Origin: Eledone cirrhosa
Taxonomy: Eukaryota
Assembly: GCA_964016885.1 (NCBI GenBank)
Contig: OZ024755.1
Coordinates: forward strand, 43,028,001-43,092,000
DNA: 64,000 nucleotides
Reading direction: 5' to 3'
In this document: positions 1 to 12,800 of the stretch, one piece after another
Numbering within the stretch: position 1 is the first letter of the stretch
Layout: each line of letters opens with the position of its first letter
Notes under the pieces: generated by a model
What the model was told of the DNA's origin: nothing
Database searches by the model: none
What the model saw: the letters and a program-made list of their open reading frames with translations, nothing else
Translations under genes and position numbers: made by a program

Positions 1-3000
1 GTGTGTGATGGTGAGGGTGTTGGGTGTGGAGGTGGTTATGGGCTGTGTGTGATGGTGAGGGTGTTGGGTGTGGAGGAGGTTATGGGCTGTGTGTGATGGT
101 GAGGGTGCTGGGTGTGGAGATGGTTATGGGCTGTGTGTGATGGTGAGGGTGCTGGGTGTGGAGGTGGTTATGGGCTGTGTGTGATGGTGAGGGTGTTGGG
201 TGTGGAGGTGGTTATGGGCTGTGTGTGATGGTGAGGGTGCTGGGTGTGGAGATGGTTATGGGCTTTGTGATGGTGACGGTGCTGGGTGTGGAGGTGGTTA
301 TGGGCTGTGTGTGATGGTGAGGGTGTTTGGTGTGGAGGTGGTTATGGGCTGTGTGTGATGGTGAGGGTGTTGGGTGTGGAGGTGGTTATGTGCTGTGTGT
401 GATGGTGAGGGTGCTGGGTGTGGAGGTGGTTATGGGCTGTGTGTGATGGTGAGGGTGCTGGGTGTGGAGGTGGTTATGGCCTGTGTGTGATAGTGAGGGT
501 GTTGGGTGTGAAGGTGGTTATGGGCTGTGTGTGATGGTGAGGGTGTTGGGTGTGGAGGTGGTTATGTGCTGTGTGTGATGGTGAGGGTGCTGGGTGTGGA
601 GGTGGTTATGGGCTGTGTGTGATGGTGAGGGTGTTGGGTGTGGAGGTGGTTATGGGCTGTGTGTGATGGTGAGGGTGTTGGGTGTGGAGGTGGTTATGGG
701 CTGTGTGTCATGGTGAGGGTGTTGGGTGTGGTGGTGGTTATATGGCTGTGTGTGATGGTGAGGGTGTTGGGTGTGGAGGTGGTTATGGGCTGTGTGTGAT
801 GGTGAGGGTGTTGGGTGTGGTGGTGGTTATGGGCTGTGTGTGATGTTGAGGGTGCTAGGTGTGGAGGTGGTTATGGGCTGTGTGTGATGGTGAGGGTGTT
901 GGGTGTGGAGGTGGTTATGGGCTGTGTGTGATGGTGAGGGTGCTGGGTGTGGAGGTGGTTATGTGCTGTGTGTGATGGTGAGGGTGCTGGGTGTGGAGGT
1001 GGTTATGGGCTGTGTGTGATGGTGAGGGTGTTGGGTGTGGAGGTGGTTATGTGCTGTGTGTGATGGTGAGGGTGCTGGGTGTGGAGGTGGTTATGTGCTG
1101 TGTGTGATGGTGAGGGTGCTGGGTGTGGAGGTGGTTATGGGCTGTGTGTGATGGTGAGGGTGCTGGGTGTGGAAGTGGTTATGGGCTGTGTGATGGTGAG
1201 GGTGCTGGGTGTGGAGGTGGTGATGTGCTGTGTGTGATGGTGAGGGTGCTGGATGTGGAGGTGGTTATGTGCTGTGTGTGATAGTGGGGGTGCTGGGTGT
1301 GGAGGTGGTTATGTGCTGTGTGTGATGGTGAGGGTGCTGGGTGTGGAGCTGGTTATGGGCTGTGTGTGATGGTGAGGGTGTTGGGTGTTGGGGTGGTTAT
1401 GTGCTGAGTGTGATAGTGGGGGTGCTGGGTGTGGAGGTGGTTATGGGCTGTGTGTGATGGTGAGGGTGCTGGGTGTGGAGGTGGTTATGGGCTGTGTGTG
1501 ATGGTGAGGGTGCTGGGTGTGAAGGTGGTTATGCGCTGTGTGTGATGGTGAGGGTGCTGGGTGTGGAGGTGGTTATGGGCTGTGTGTGATTGTGAGTGTG
1601 TTGGGTGTGGAGGTGGTTATGGGCTGTGTGTGATGGTGAGGGTGCTGGGTGTGGAGGTGGTTATGGGCTGTGTGTGATGTTGAGGGTGTTGGGTGTGGAG
1701 GTGGTTATGGGCTGAGTGTGATGGTGAGGGTGCTGGGTGTGGAGGTGGTTATGGTCTGTGTGTGATGGTGAGGGTGCTGGGTGTGGAGGTGGTTATGGGC
1801 TGTGTGTGATGGTGGGGGTGTGGGTGTGGAGGTGGTTATGGGCTGTGTGATGGTGAGGGTGCTGGGTGTGGAGGTGGTTATGTGCTGTGTGTGATGATGA
1901 GGGTGCTGGGTGTGGAGGTGGTTATGGGCTGTGTGTGATGGTGAGGGTGTTTGGTGTGGGGGTGGTTATGTGCTGTGTGTGATGGTGAGGGTGCTGGGTG
2001 TGAAGGTGGTTATGTGCTGTGTGCGATGTTGAGGGTGCTGGGTGTGGGGGTGGTTATGTGCTGTGTGTGATGGTGAGGGTGTTGCGTGTGGAGGTGGTTA
2101 TGGGCTGTGTGTGATGGTGAGGGTGTTGGGTGTGGAGGTGGTTATGGGCTGTGTGTGATGGTGAGGGTGTTGGGTGGGGAGGTGGTTATGTGCTGTGTGT
2201 GATGGTGAGGGTGCTGGGTGTGGAGGTGGTTATGGGCTGTGTGTGATGGTGAGGGTGCTGGGTGTGGAGGTGGTTATGGGCTGTGTGTGATGGTGAGGGT
2301 GTTGGGTGTGGAGGTGGTTATGGCCTGTGTGTGATGGTAAGGGTGTTGGGTGTGGAGCTGGTTATGGGCTGTGTGTGATGGTGAGGGTGTTGGGTGTGGA
2401 GATGGTTATGGGCTGTGTGTCATGGTGAGGGTGTTGGGTGTGGAGGTGGTCATGGGCTGTGTGTGATGGTGAGGGTGTTGGATGTGGAGGTGGTTATGGG
2501 CTGTGTGTGATGGTAAGGGTGTTGGGTGTGGAGGTGTTTATGGGCTGTGTGTCATGGTGAGGGTGTTGGGTGTGGAGGTGGTTATGGGCTGTGTGTGATG
2601 GTGAGGGTGTTGGGTGTGGTGGTGGTTATGGGCTGTGTGTGATGGTGAGGGTGCTCGGTGTGGAGGTGGTTATGGGCTGTGTGTGATGGTGAGGGTGCTG
2701 GGTGTGGAGGTGGTTATGGCCTGTGTGTGATGGTGAGGGTGTTGGGTGTGGAGGTGGTTATGGGCTGTGTGTGATGGTGAGGGTGTTGGGTGTGGAGGTG
2801 GTTATGGGCTGTGTGTGATGGTGAGGGTGCTGGGTGTGGAGGTGGTTATGGGCTGTGTGTGATGGTGAGGGTGTTGGGTGTGGAGGTGGTTATGGGCTGT
2901 GTGTGATGGTGAGGGTGCTGGGTGTGGAGATGGTTATGGGCTGTGTGTGATGGTGAGGGTGCTGGGTGTGGAGGTGGTTATGGGCTGTGTGTGATGGTGA

Positions 3001-3480
3001 GGGTGTTGGGTGTGGAGGTGGTTATGGACTGTGTGTGATGGTGAGGGTGCTGGGTGTGGAGATGGTTATGGGCTGTGTGATGGTGAGGGTGCTGGGTGTG
3101 GAGGTGGTTATGGGCTGTGTGTGATGGTGAGGGTGTTTGGTGTGGAGGTGGTTATGGGCTGTGTGTGATGGTGAGGGTGTTGGGTGTGGAGGTGGTTATG
3201 TGCTGTGTGTGATGGTGAGGGTGCTGGGTGTGGAGGTGGTTATGGGCTGTGTGTGATGGTGAGGGTGCTGGGTGTGGTGGTGGTTTTGGGCTGTGTATGA
3301 TGGTGAGGGTGTTGGGTGTGGAGGTGGTTATGGGCTGTGTGTGATGGTGAGGGTGTTGGGTGTGGAGGTGGTTATGGGCTGTGTGTGATGGTGAGGATGC
3401 TGGGTGTGGAGGTGGTTATGGGCTGTGTGTGATGGTGAGGGTGCTGGGTGTGGAGGTGGTTATGGGCTGTGTGTGATGGT
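1..3480 (+). repeat. Block duplicated at ~10940-14420 (offset 10939); its first ~1 kb also recurs at offset 5709
   Basis: Rare markers at constant offsets: ggaggaggt 72/5781/11011, tggtgacggt 271/5980/11210, tatggctg after ggtta (+1 insertion monomer) 741/6450/11680, gtgcgatgtt 2021/12960, gttatggact 3021/13960, tggttttggg 3281/14220, gtgaggatgc 3391/14330. Confidence 0.9.
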
Positions 3481-6400
3481 GAGGGTGTTGGGTGTGGAGG
3501 TGGTTATGGGCTGTGTGTGATGGTGAGGGTGCTGGGTGTGGAGGTGGTTATGGCCTGTGTGTGATAGTGAGGGTGTTGGGTGTGAAGGTGGTTATGGGCT
3601 GTGTGTGATGGTGAGGGTGTTGGGTGTGGTGGTGGTTATGGGCTGTGTGTGATGGTGAGGGTGTTGGGTGTGGAGGTGGTTATGGGCTGTGTGTGATGGT
3701 GAGGGTGCTGGGTGTGGAGGTGGTTATTGCCTGTGTGTGATAGTGAGGGTGTTGGGTGTGAAGGTGGTTATGGGCTGTGTGTGATGGTGAGGGTGTTGGG
3801 TGTGGAGGTGGTTATGTGCTGTGTGTGATGGTGAGGGTGCTGGGTGTGGAGGTGGTTATGGGCTGTGTGTGATGGTGAGGGTGTTGGGTGTGGAGGTGGT
3901 TATGGGCTGTGTGTGATGGTGAGGGTGTTGGGTGTGGAGGTGGTTATGGGCTGTGTGTGATGGTGAGGGTGTTGGGTGTGGTGGTGGTTATGGGCTGTGT
4001 GTGATGGTGAGTGTGTTGGGTGTGGAGGTGGTTATGGGCTGAGTGTGATGGTGAGGGTGTTGGGTGTGGTGGTGGTTATGGGCTGTGTGTGATGGTGAGG
4101 GTGCTAGGTGTGGAGGTGGTTATGGGCTGTGTGTGATGGTGAGGGTGCTGGGTGTGGAGGTGGTTATGGGCTGTGTGTGATGGTGAGGGTGTTGGGTGTG
4201 GAGGTGGTTATGTGCTGTGTGTGATGGTGAGGGTGCTGGGTGTGGAGGTGGTTATGTGCTGTGTGTGATGGTGAGGGTGCTGGGTGTGGAGGTGGTTATG
4301 GGCTGTGTGTGATGGTGAGGGTGCTGGGTGTGGAAGTGGTTATGGGCTGTGTGATGGTGAGGGTGCTGGGTGTGGAGGTGGTGATGTGCTGTGTGTGATG
4401 GTGAGGGTGCTGGATGTGGAGGTGGTTATGTGCTGTGTGTGATAGTGGGGGTGCTGGGTGTGGAGGTGGTTATGTGCTGTGTGTGATGGTGAGGGTGCTG
4501 GGTGTGGAGCTGGTTATGGGCTGTGTTTGATGGTGAGGGTGTTGGGTGTGGAGTAGGTTAGGGGCTGTGTGTGATGGTGAGGGTGTTGGGTGTTGGGGTG
4601 GTTATGTGCTGAGTGTGATAGTGGGGGTGCTGGGTGTGGAGGTGGTTATGGGCTGTGTGTGATGGTGAGGGTGCTGGGTGTGGAGGTGGTTATGGGCTGT
4701 GTGTGATGGTGAGGGTGCTGGGTGTGAAGGTGGTTATGCGCTGTGTGTGATGGTGAGGGTGCTGGGTGTGGAGGTGGTTATGGGCTGTGTGTGATTGTGA
4801 GTGTGTTGGGTGTGGAGGTGGTTATGGGCTGTGTGTGATGGTGAGGGTGCTGGGTGTGGAGGTGGTTATGGGCTGTGTGTGATGTTGAGGGTGTTGGGTG
4901 TGGAGGTGGTTATGGCCTGTGTGTGATGGTGAGGGTGTTGGGTGTGGAGGTGGTTATGGGCTGTGTGGGATGGTGAGGGTGTTGGGTGTGGAGGTGGTTA
5001 TGGCCTGTGTGTGATGGTAAGGGTGTTGGGTGTGGAGCTGGTTATGGGCTGTGTGTGATGGTGAGGGTGTTGGGTGTGGAGATTGTTATGGGCTGTGTGT
5101 CATGGTGAGGGTGTTGGGTGTGGAGGTGGTTATGGGCTGTGTGTGATGGTGAGGGTGTTGGATGTGGAGGTGGTTATGGGCTGTGTGTGATGGTAAGGGT
5201 GTTGGGTGTGGAGGTGGTTATGGGCTGTGTGTGATGGTGAGGGTGTTGGGTGTGGAGGTGGTTATGGCTGTGTGTGATGGTGAGGGTGCTCGGTGAGGAG
5301 GTGGTTATGGGCTGTGTGTGATGGTGAGGGTGCTGGGTGTGGAGGTGGTTATGGGCTGTGTGTGATGGTGAGGGTGTTGGGTGTGGAGGTGGTTATGGGC
5401 TGTGTGTGATGGTGAGGGTGTTGGGTGTGGAGGTGGTTATGGGCTGTGTGTGATGGTGAGGGTGCTGGGTGTGGAGGTGGTTATGGGCTGTGTGTGATGG
5501 TGAGGGTGTTGGGTGTGGAGGTGGTTATGGGCTGTGTGTGATGGTGAGGGTGCTGGGTGTGGAGGTGGTTACGGGCTGTGTGTGATGGTGAGGGTGTCGG
5601 GTGTGGAGGTGGTTATGGGCTGTGTGTGATGGTGAGGGTGCTGGGTGTGGGAGTGGTTATGTGCTGTGTGTGATGGTGAGGGTGTTGCGTGTGGAGGTGG
5701 TTATGGGCTGTGTGTGATGGTGAGGGTGTTGGGTGTGGAGGTGGTTATGGGCTGTGTGTGATGGTGAGGGTGTTGGGTGTGGAGGAGGTTATGGGCTGTG
5801 TGTGATGGTGAGGGTGCTGGGTGTGGAGATGGTTATGGGCTGTGTGTGATGGTGAGGGTGCTGGGTGTGGAGGTGGTTATGGGCTGTGTGTGATGGTGAG
5901 GGTGTTGGGTGTGGAGGTGGTTATGGGCTGTGTGTGATGGTGAGGGTGCTGGGTGTGGAGATGGTTATGGGCTGTGTGATGGTGACGGTGCTGGGTGTGG
6001 AGGTGGTTATGGGCTGTGTGTGATGGTGAGGGTGTTTGGTGTGGAGGTGGTTATGGGCTGTGTGTGATGGTGAGGGTGTTGGGTGTGGAGGTGGTTATGT
6101 GCTGTGTGTGATGGTGAGGGTGCTGGGTGTGGAGGTGGTTATGGGCTGTGTGTGATGGTGAGGGTGCTGGGTGTGGAGGTGGTTATGGCCTGTGTGTGAT
6201 AGTGAGGGTGTTGGGTGTGAAGGTGGTTATGGGCTGTGTGTGATGGTGAGGGTGTTGGGTGTGGAGGTGGTTATGTGCTGTGTGTGATGGTGAGGGTGCT
6301 GGGTGTGGAGGTGGTTATGGGCTGTGTGTGATGGTGAGGGTGTTGGGTGTGGAGGTGGTTATGGGCTGTGTGTGATGGTGAGGGTGTTGGGTGTGGAGGT

Positions 6401-6760
6401 GGTTATGGGCTGTGTGTGATGGTGAGGGTGTTGGGTGTGGTGGTGGTTATATGGCTGTGTGTGATGGTGAGGGTGTTGGGTGTGGAGGTGGTTATGGGCT
6501 GTGTGTGATGGTGAGGGTGTTGGGTGTGGTGGTGGTTATGGGCTGTGTGTGATGTTGAGGGTGCTAGGTGTGGAGGTGGTTATGGGCTCTGTGTGATGGT
6601 GAGGGTGTTGGGTGTGGAGGTGGTTATGGGCTGTGTGTGATGGTGAGGGTGCTGGGTGTGGAGGTGGTTATGTGCTGTGTGTGATGGTGAGGGTGCTGGG
6701 TGTGGAGGTGGTTATGGGCTGTGTGTGATGGTGAGGGTGTTGGGTGTGGAGGTGGTTATG
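3480..6760 (+). repeat. Block duplicated at ~8710-11990 (offset 5230)
   Basis: Markers tggttattgc 3721/8951, gagtaggtta 4551/9781, ctgtgtggga 4961/10191, gattgttatg 5081/10311, cggtgaggag 5291/10521, acgggctg 5571/10801. Confidence 0.9.
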
Positions 6761-9700
6761 GGCTGTGTGTGATGGTGAGGGTGTTGGGTGTGGAGGTGGT
6801 TATGGGCTGTGTGTGAAGGTGAGGGTGCTGGGTGTGGAGGTGGTTATGGGCTGTGTGTGATGGTGAGGGTGCTGGGTGTGGAGGTGGTTATGGCCTGTGT
6901 GTGATAGTGAGGGTGTTGGGTGTGAAGGTGGTTATGGGCTGTGTGTGATGGTGAGGGTGTTGGGTGTGGAGGTGGTTATGTGCTGTGTGTGATGGTGAGG
7001 GTGCTGGGTGTGGAGGTGGTTATGGGCTGTGTGTGATGGTGAGGGTGTTGGGTGTGGAGGTGGTTATGGGCTGTGTGTGATGGTGAGGGTGTTGGGTGTG
7101 GAGGTGGTTATGGGCTGTGTGTGATGGTGAGGGTGTTGGGTGTGGTGGTGGTTATGGGCTGTGTGTGATGGTGAGGGTGTTGGGTGTGGAGGTGGTTATG
7201 GGCTGTGTGTGATGGTGAGGGTGCTGGGTGTGGAGGTGGTTATGGCCTGTGTGTGATAGTGAGGGTGTTGGGTGTGAAGGTGGTTATGGGCTGTGTGTGA
7301 TGGTGAGGGTGTTGGGTGTGGTGGTGGTTATGGGCTGTGTGTGATGGTGAGGGTGTTGGGTGTGGAGGTGGTTATGGGCTGTGTGTGATGGTGAGGGTGC
7401 TGGGTGTGGAGGTGGTTATTGCCTGTGTGTGATAGTGAGGGTGTTGGGTGTGAAGGTGGTTATGGGCTGTGTGTGATGGTGAGGGTGTTGGGTGTGGAGG
7501 TGGTTATGTGCTGTGTGTGATGGTGAGGGTGCTGGGTGTGGAGGTGGTTATGGGCTGTGTGTGATGGTGAGGGTGTTGGGTGTGGAGGTGGTTATGGGCT
7601 GTGTGTGATGGTGAGGGTGTTGGGTGTGGAGGTGGTTATGGGCTGTGTGTGATGGTGAGGGTGTTGGGTGTGGTGGTGGTTATGGGCTGTGTGTGATGGT
7701 GAGTGTGTTGGGTGTGGAGGTGGTTATGGGCTGAGTGTGATGGTGAGGGTGTTGGGTGTGGTGGTGGTTATGGGCTGTGTGTGATGGTGAGGGTGCTAGG
7801 TGTGGAGGTGGTTATGGGCTGTGTGTGATGGTGAGGGTGCTGGGTGTGGAGGTGGTTATGGGCTGTGTGTGATGGTGAGGGTGTTGGGTGTGGAGGTGGT
7901 TATGTGCTGTGTGTGATGGTGAGGGTGCTGGGTGTGGAGGTGGTTATGTGCTGTGTGTGATGGTGAGGGTGCTGGGTGTGGAGGTGGTTATGGGCTGTGT
8001 GTGATGGTGAGGGTGCTGGGTGTGGAAGTGGTTATGGGCTGTGTGATGGTGAGGGTGCTGGGTGTGGAGGTGGTGATGTGCTGTGTGTGATGGTGAGGGT
8101 GCTGGATGTGGAGGTGGTTATGTGCTGTGTGTGATAGTGGGGGTGCTGGGTGTGGAGGTGGTTATGTGCTGTGTGTGATGGTGAGGGTGCTGGGTGTGGA
8201 GCTGGTTATGGGCTGTGTTTGATGGTGAGGGTGTTGGGTGTGGAGTAGGTTAGGGGCTGTGTGTGATGGTGAGGGTGTTGGGTGTTGGGGTGGTTATGGG
8301 CTGTGTGTGATGGTGAGGGTGTTGGGTGTGGAGGTGGTTATGGGCTGTGTGTGAAGGTGAGGGTGCTGGGTGTGGAGGTGGTTATGGGCTGTGTGTGATG
8401 GTGAGGGTGCTGGGTGTGGAGGTGGTTATGGCCTGTGTGTGATAGTGAGGGTGTTGGGTGTGAAGGTGGTTATGGGCTGTGTGTGATGGTGAGGGTGTTG
8501 GGTGTGGAGGTGGTTATGTGCTGTGTGTGATGGTGAGGGTGCTGGGTGTGGAGGTGGTTATGGGCTGTGTGTGATGGTGAGGGTGTTGGGTGTGGAGGTG
8601 GTTATGGGCTGTGTGTGATGGTGAGGGTGTTGGGTGTGGAGGTGGTTATGGGCTGTGTGTGATGGTGAGGGTGTTGGGTGTGGTGGTGGTTATGGGCTGT
8701 GTGTGATGGTGAGGGTGTTGGGTGTGGAGGTGGTTATGGGCTGTGTGTGATGGTGAGGGTGCTGGGTGTGGAGGTGGTTATGGCCTGTGTGTGATAGTGA
8801 GGGTGTTGGGTGTGAAGGTGGTTATGGGCTGTGTGTGATGGTGAGGGTGTTGGGTGTGGTGGTGGTTATGGGCTGTGTGTGATGGTGAGGGTGTTGGGTG
8901 TGGAGGTGGTTATGGGCTGTGTGTGATGGTGAGGGTGCTGGGTGTGGAGGTGGTTATTGCCTGTGTGTGATAGTGAGGGTGTTGGGTGTGAAGGTGGTTA
9001 TGGGCTGTGTGTGATGGTGAGGGTGTTGGGTGTGGAGGTGGTTATGTGCTGTGTGTGATGGTGAGGGTGCTGGGTGTGGAGGTGGTTATGGGCTGTGTGT
9101 GATGGTGAGGGTGTTGGGTGTGGAGGTGGTTATGGGCTGTGTGTGATGGTGAGGGTGTTGGGTGTGGAGGTGGTTATGGGCTGTGTGTGATGGTGAGGGT
9201 GTTGGGTGTGGTGGTGGTTATGGGCTGTGTGTGATGGTGAGTGTGTTGGGTGTGGAGGTGGTTATGGGCTGAGTGTGATGGTGAGGGTGTTGGGTGTGGT
9301 GGTGGTTATGGGCTGTGTGTGATGGTGAGGGTGCTAGGTGTGGAGGTGGTTATGGGCTGTGTGTGATGGTGAGGGTGCTGGGTGTGGAGGTGGTTATGGG
9401 CTGTGTGTGATGGTGAGGGTGTTGGGTGTGGAGGTGGTTATGTGCTGTGTGTGATGGTGAGGGTGCTGGGTGTGGAGGTGGTTATGTGCTGTGTGTGATG
9501 GTGAGGGTGCTGGGTGTGGAGGTGGTTATGGGCTGTGTGTGATGGTGAGGGTGCTGGGTGTGGAAGTGGTTATGGGCTGTGTGATGGTGAGGGTGCTGGG
9601 TGTGGAGGTGGTGATGTGCTGTGTGTGATGGTGAGGGTGCTGGATGTGGAGGTGGTTATGTGCTGTGTGTGATAGTGGGGGTGCTGGGTGTGGAGGTGGT

Positions 9701-9835
9701 TATGTGCTGTGTGTGATGGTGAGGGTGCTGGGTGTGGAGCTGGTTATGGGCTGTGTTTGATGGTGAGGGTGTTGGGTGTGGAGTAGGTTAGGGGCTGTGT
9801 GTGATGGTGAGGGTGTTGGGTGTTGGGGTGGTTAT
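6760..9835 (+). repeat. Tandem duplication of a 1538-bp unit (35 monomers minus 2 bp)
   Basis: Markers gtgtgaaggtgaggg 6811/8349, tggttattgc 7413/8951, gagtaggtta 8243/9781. Confidence 0.88.
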
Positions 9836-12800
9836 GTGCTGAGTGTGATAGTGGGGGTGCTGGGTGTGGAGGTGGTTATGGGCTGTGTGTGATGGTGAGG
9901 GTGCTGGGTGTGGAGGTGGTTATGGGCTGTGTGTGATGGTGAGGGTGCTGGGTGTGAAGGTGGTTATGCGCTGTGTGTGATGGTGAGGGTGCTGGGTGTG
10001 GAGGTGGTTATGGGCTGTGTGTGATTGTGAGTGTGTTGGGTGTGGAGGTGGTTATGGGCTGTGTGTGATGGTGAGGGTGCTGGGTGTGGAGGTGGTTATG
10101 GGCTGTGTGTGATGTTGAGGGTGTTGGGTGTGGAGGTGGTTATGGCCTGTGTGTGATGGTGAGGGTGTTGGGTGTGGAGGTGGTTATGGGCTGTGTGGGA
10201 TGGTGAGGGTGTTGGGTGTGGAGGTGGTTATGGCCTGTGTGTGATGGTAAGGGTGTTGGGTGTGGAGCTGGTTATGGGCTGTGTGTGATGGTGAGGGTGT
10301 TGGGTGTGGAGATTGTTATGGGCTGTGTGTCATGGTGAGGGTGTTGGGTGTGGAGGTGGTTATGGGCTGTGTGTGATGGTGAGGGTGTTGGATGTGGAGG
10401 TGGTTATGGGCTGTGTGTGATGGTAAGGGTGTTGGGTGTGGAGGTGGTTATGGGCTGTGTGTGATGGTGAGGGTGTTGGGTGTGGAGGTGGTTATGGCTG
10501 TGTGTGATGGTGAGGGTGCTCGGTGAGGAGGTGGTTATGGGCTGTGTGTGATGGTGAGGGTGCTGGGTGTGGAGGTGGTTATGGGCTGTGTGTGATGGTG
10601 AGGGTGTTGGGTGTGGAGGTGGTTATGGGCTGTGTGTGATGGTGAGGGTGTTGGGTGTGGAGGTGGTTATGGGCTGTGTGTGATGGTGAGGGTGCTGGGT
10701 GTGGAGGTGGTTATGGGCTGTGTGTGATGGTGAGGGTGTTGGGTGTGGAGGTGGTTATGGGCTGTGTGTGATGGTGAGGGTGCTGGGTGTGGAGGTGGTT
10801 ACGGGCTGTGTGTGATGGTGAGGGTGTCGGGTGTGGAGGTGGTTATGGGCTGTGTGTGATGGTGAGGGTGCTGGGTGTGGGAGTGGTTATGTGCTGTGTG
10901 TGATGGTGAGGGTGTTGCGTGTGGAGGTGGTTATGGGCTGTGTGTGATGGTGAGGGTGTTGGGTGTGGAGGTGGTTATGGGCTGTGTGTGATGGTGAGGG
11001 TGTTGGGTGTGGAGGAGGTTATGGGCTGTGTGTGATGGTGAGGGTGCTGGGTGTGGAGATGGTTATGGGCTGTGTGTGATGGTGAGGGTGCTGGGTGTGG
11101 AGGTGGTTATGGGCTGTGTGTGATGGTGAGGGTGTTGGGTGTGGAGGTGGTTATGGGCTGTGTGTGATGGTGAGGGTGCTGGGTGTGGAGATGGTTATGT
11201 GCTGTGTGATGGTGACGGTGCTGGGTGTGGAGGTGGTTATGGGCTGTGTGTGATGGTGAGGGTGTTTGGTGTGGAGGTGGTTATGGGCTGTGTGTGATGG
11301 TGAGGGTGTTGGGTGTGGAGGTGGTTATGTGCTGTGTGTGATGGTGAGGGTGCTGGGTGTGGAGGTGGTTATGGGCTGTGTGTGATGGTGAGGGTGCTGG
11401 GTGTGGAGGTGGTTATGGCCTGTGTGTGATAGTGAGGGTGTTGGGTGTGAAGGTGGTTATGGGCTGTGTGTGATGGTGAGGGTGTTGGGTGTGGAGGTGG
11501 TTATGTGCTGTGTGTGATGGTGAGGGTGCTGGGTGTGGAGGTGGTTATGGGCTGTGTGTGATGGTGAGGGTGTTGGGTGTGGAGGTGGTTATGGGCTGTG
11601 TGTGATGGTGAGGGTGTTGGGTGTGGAGGTGGTTATGGGCTGTGTGTGATGGTGAGGGTGTTGGGTGTGGTGGTGGTTATATGGCTGTGTGTGATGGTGA
11701 GGGTGTTGGGTGTGGAGGTGGTTATGGGCTGTGTGTGATGGTGAGGGTGTTGGGTGTGGTGGTGGTTATGGGCTGTGTGTGATGTTGAGGGTGCTAGGTG
11801 TGGAGGTGGTTATGGGCTGTGTGTGATGGTGAGGGTGTTGGGTGTGGAGGTGGTTATGGGCTGTGTGTGATGGTGAGGGTGCTGGGTGTGGAGGTGGTTA
11901 TGTGCTGTGTGTGATGGTGAGGGTGCTGGGTGTGGAGGTGGTTATGGGCTGTGTGTGATGGTGAGGGTGTTGGGTGTGGAGGTGGTTATGTGCTGTGTGT
12001 GATGGTGAGGGTGCTGGGTGTGGAGGTGGTTATGTGCTGTGTGTGATGGTGAGGGTGCTGGGTGTGGAGGTGGTTATGGGCTGTGTGTGATGGTGAGGGT
12101 GCTGGGTGTGGAAGTGGTTATGGGCTGTGTGATGGTGAGGGTGCTGGGTGTGGAGGTGGTGATGTGCTGTGTGTGATGGTGAGGGTGCTGGATGTGGAGG
12201 TGGTTATGTGCTGTGTGTGATAGTGGGGGTGCTGGGTGTGGAGGTGGTTATGTGCTGTGTGTGATGGTGAGGGTGCTGGGTGTGGAGCTGGTTATGGGCT
12301 GTGTGTGATGGTGAGGGTGTTGGGTGTTGGGGTGGTTATGTGCTGAGTGTGATAGTGGGGGTGCTGGGTGTGGAGGTGGTTATGGGCTGTGTGTGATGGT
12401 GAGGGTGCTGGGTGTGGAGGTGGTTATGGGCTGTGTGTGATGGTGAGGGTGCTGGGTGTGAAGGTGGTTATGCGCTGTGTGTGATGGTGAGGGTGCTGGG
12501 TGTGGAGGTGGTTATGGGCTGTGTGTGATTGTGAGTGTGTTGGGTGTGGAGGTGGTTATGGGCTGTGTGTGATGGTGAGGGTGCTGGGTGTGGAGGTGGT
12601 TATGGGCTGTGTGTGATGTTGAGGGTGTTGGGTGTGGAGGTGGTTATGGGCTGAGTGTGATGGTGAGGGTGCTGGGTGTGGAGGTGGTTATGGTCTGTGT
12701 GTGATGGTGAGGGTGCTGGGTGTGGAGGTGGTTATGGGCTGTGTGTGATGGTGGGGGTGTGGGTGTGGAGGTGGTTATGGGCTGTGTGATGGTGAGGGTG

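Noticed and set aside
1-176. Nucleosome-length (4 x 44 = 176 bp) periodicity suggesting a centromeric satellite
   Set aside because: No 4-monomer higher-order periodicity is visible in the variants; the match is only numerical.
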